Shown here in pieces: positions 63,940-64,000 of a stretch of DNA of 64,000 nucleotides. Location: the IMG/VR virus record IMGVR_UViG_3300007770_000878. The stretch is one strand, 5' to 3'. Numbering within the stretch: position 1 is the stretch's first letter; each line of letters opens with the position of its first letter. Origin of the DNA: a virus (taxonomy: Duplodnaviria > Heunggongvirae > Uroviricota > Caudoviricetes). The translations under genes and the position numbers were made by a program. The notes under the pieces were generated by a model, which did not search any database, was not told where the DNA came from, and worked only from the letters and a program-made list of their open reading frames with translations.

Positions 63940-64000
63940 GTCTTCTGCCGCTAGGCTAACTGCGTTACGGGCTATGTCCTGACCGTCAGCTTTCAGCCCG

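Noticed and set aside
1-64000. CRISPR arrays, rRNA genes, transposase/IS elements, integrase
   Set aside because: No direct-repeat/spacer periodicity, no rRNA-like conserved stretches, and no DDE/tyrosine-recombinase motifs were seen. The only mobile elements supported are the two inteins and the HNH-like ORF.

Overview
Almost the whole 64-kb window is coding. GC content looks moderately high, about 55-60% by eye. Every gene I can support lies on the minus strand. Plus-strand ORFs in the track look like antisense or low-complexity artefacts.

The gene content looks like a large dsDNA bacteriophage (jumbo-phage-like) or similar mobile element, not a cellular chromosome. The main elements are:

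1. A bacterial-type multisubunit RNA polymerase encoded as a beta-beta'N fusion (1885 aa) plus a separate beta'C protein (1020 aa). Each is interrupted by a LAGLIDADG-type intein.
2. A GroES co-chaperonin and an unmistakable ribosomal protein uS12 homolog.
3. A LigD-like 3'-phosphoesterase + ATP-dependent DNA ligase ORF. It contains an HNH/AP2-type homing-endonuclease-like ORF in another frame.
4. A metallophosphoesterase, a GNAT acetyltransferase and a 2H (LigT/Acb1-like) phosphoesterase.
5. A large nucleotide-sugar and nucleotide-metabolism island with RmlB- and RmlD-like enzymes, a TylF-like and a class I methyltransferase, a DegT-like enzyme, several GT-A glycosyltransferases, a ClpN-cytidylyltransferase fusion, a nucleoside 2-deoxyribosyltransferase and a dCMP deaminase.
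6. A stand-alone receiver (REC) domain, an SPFH/band-7 protein and a 1533-aa Pro/Gln/Gly-rich giant protein.
7. A tandem family of four paralogous proteins that all begin with the same twin-arginine (Tat) signal peptide.

Several recurring non-coding elements are visible. One is an 18-nt motif perfect in three copies ('CTGATAGCTAAAAAAAGG'), each just after a hairpin in minus-strand orientation. Another is a conserved hairpin-plus-leader module in front of the Tat-family genes. There are also clear intrinsic-terminator-like hairpins.

No tRNA, rRNA or CRISPR array could be supported. My coordinates for motifs and inteins are hand-counted and may be off by 1-3 nt. CDS coordinates are taken from the supplied ORF track.
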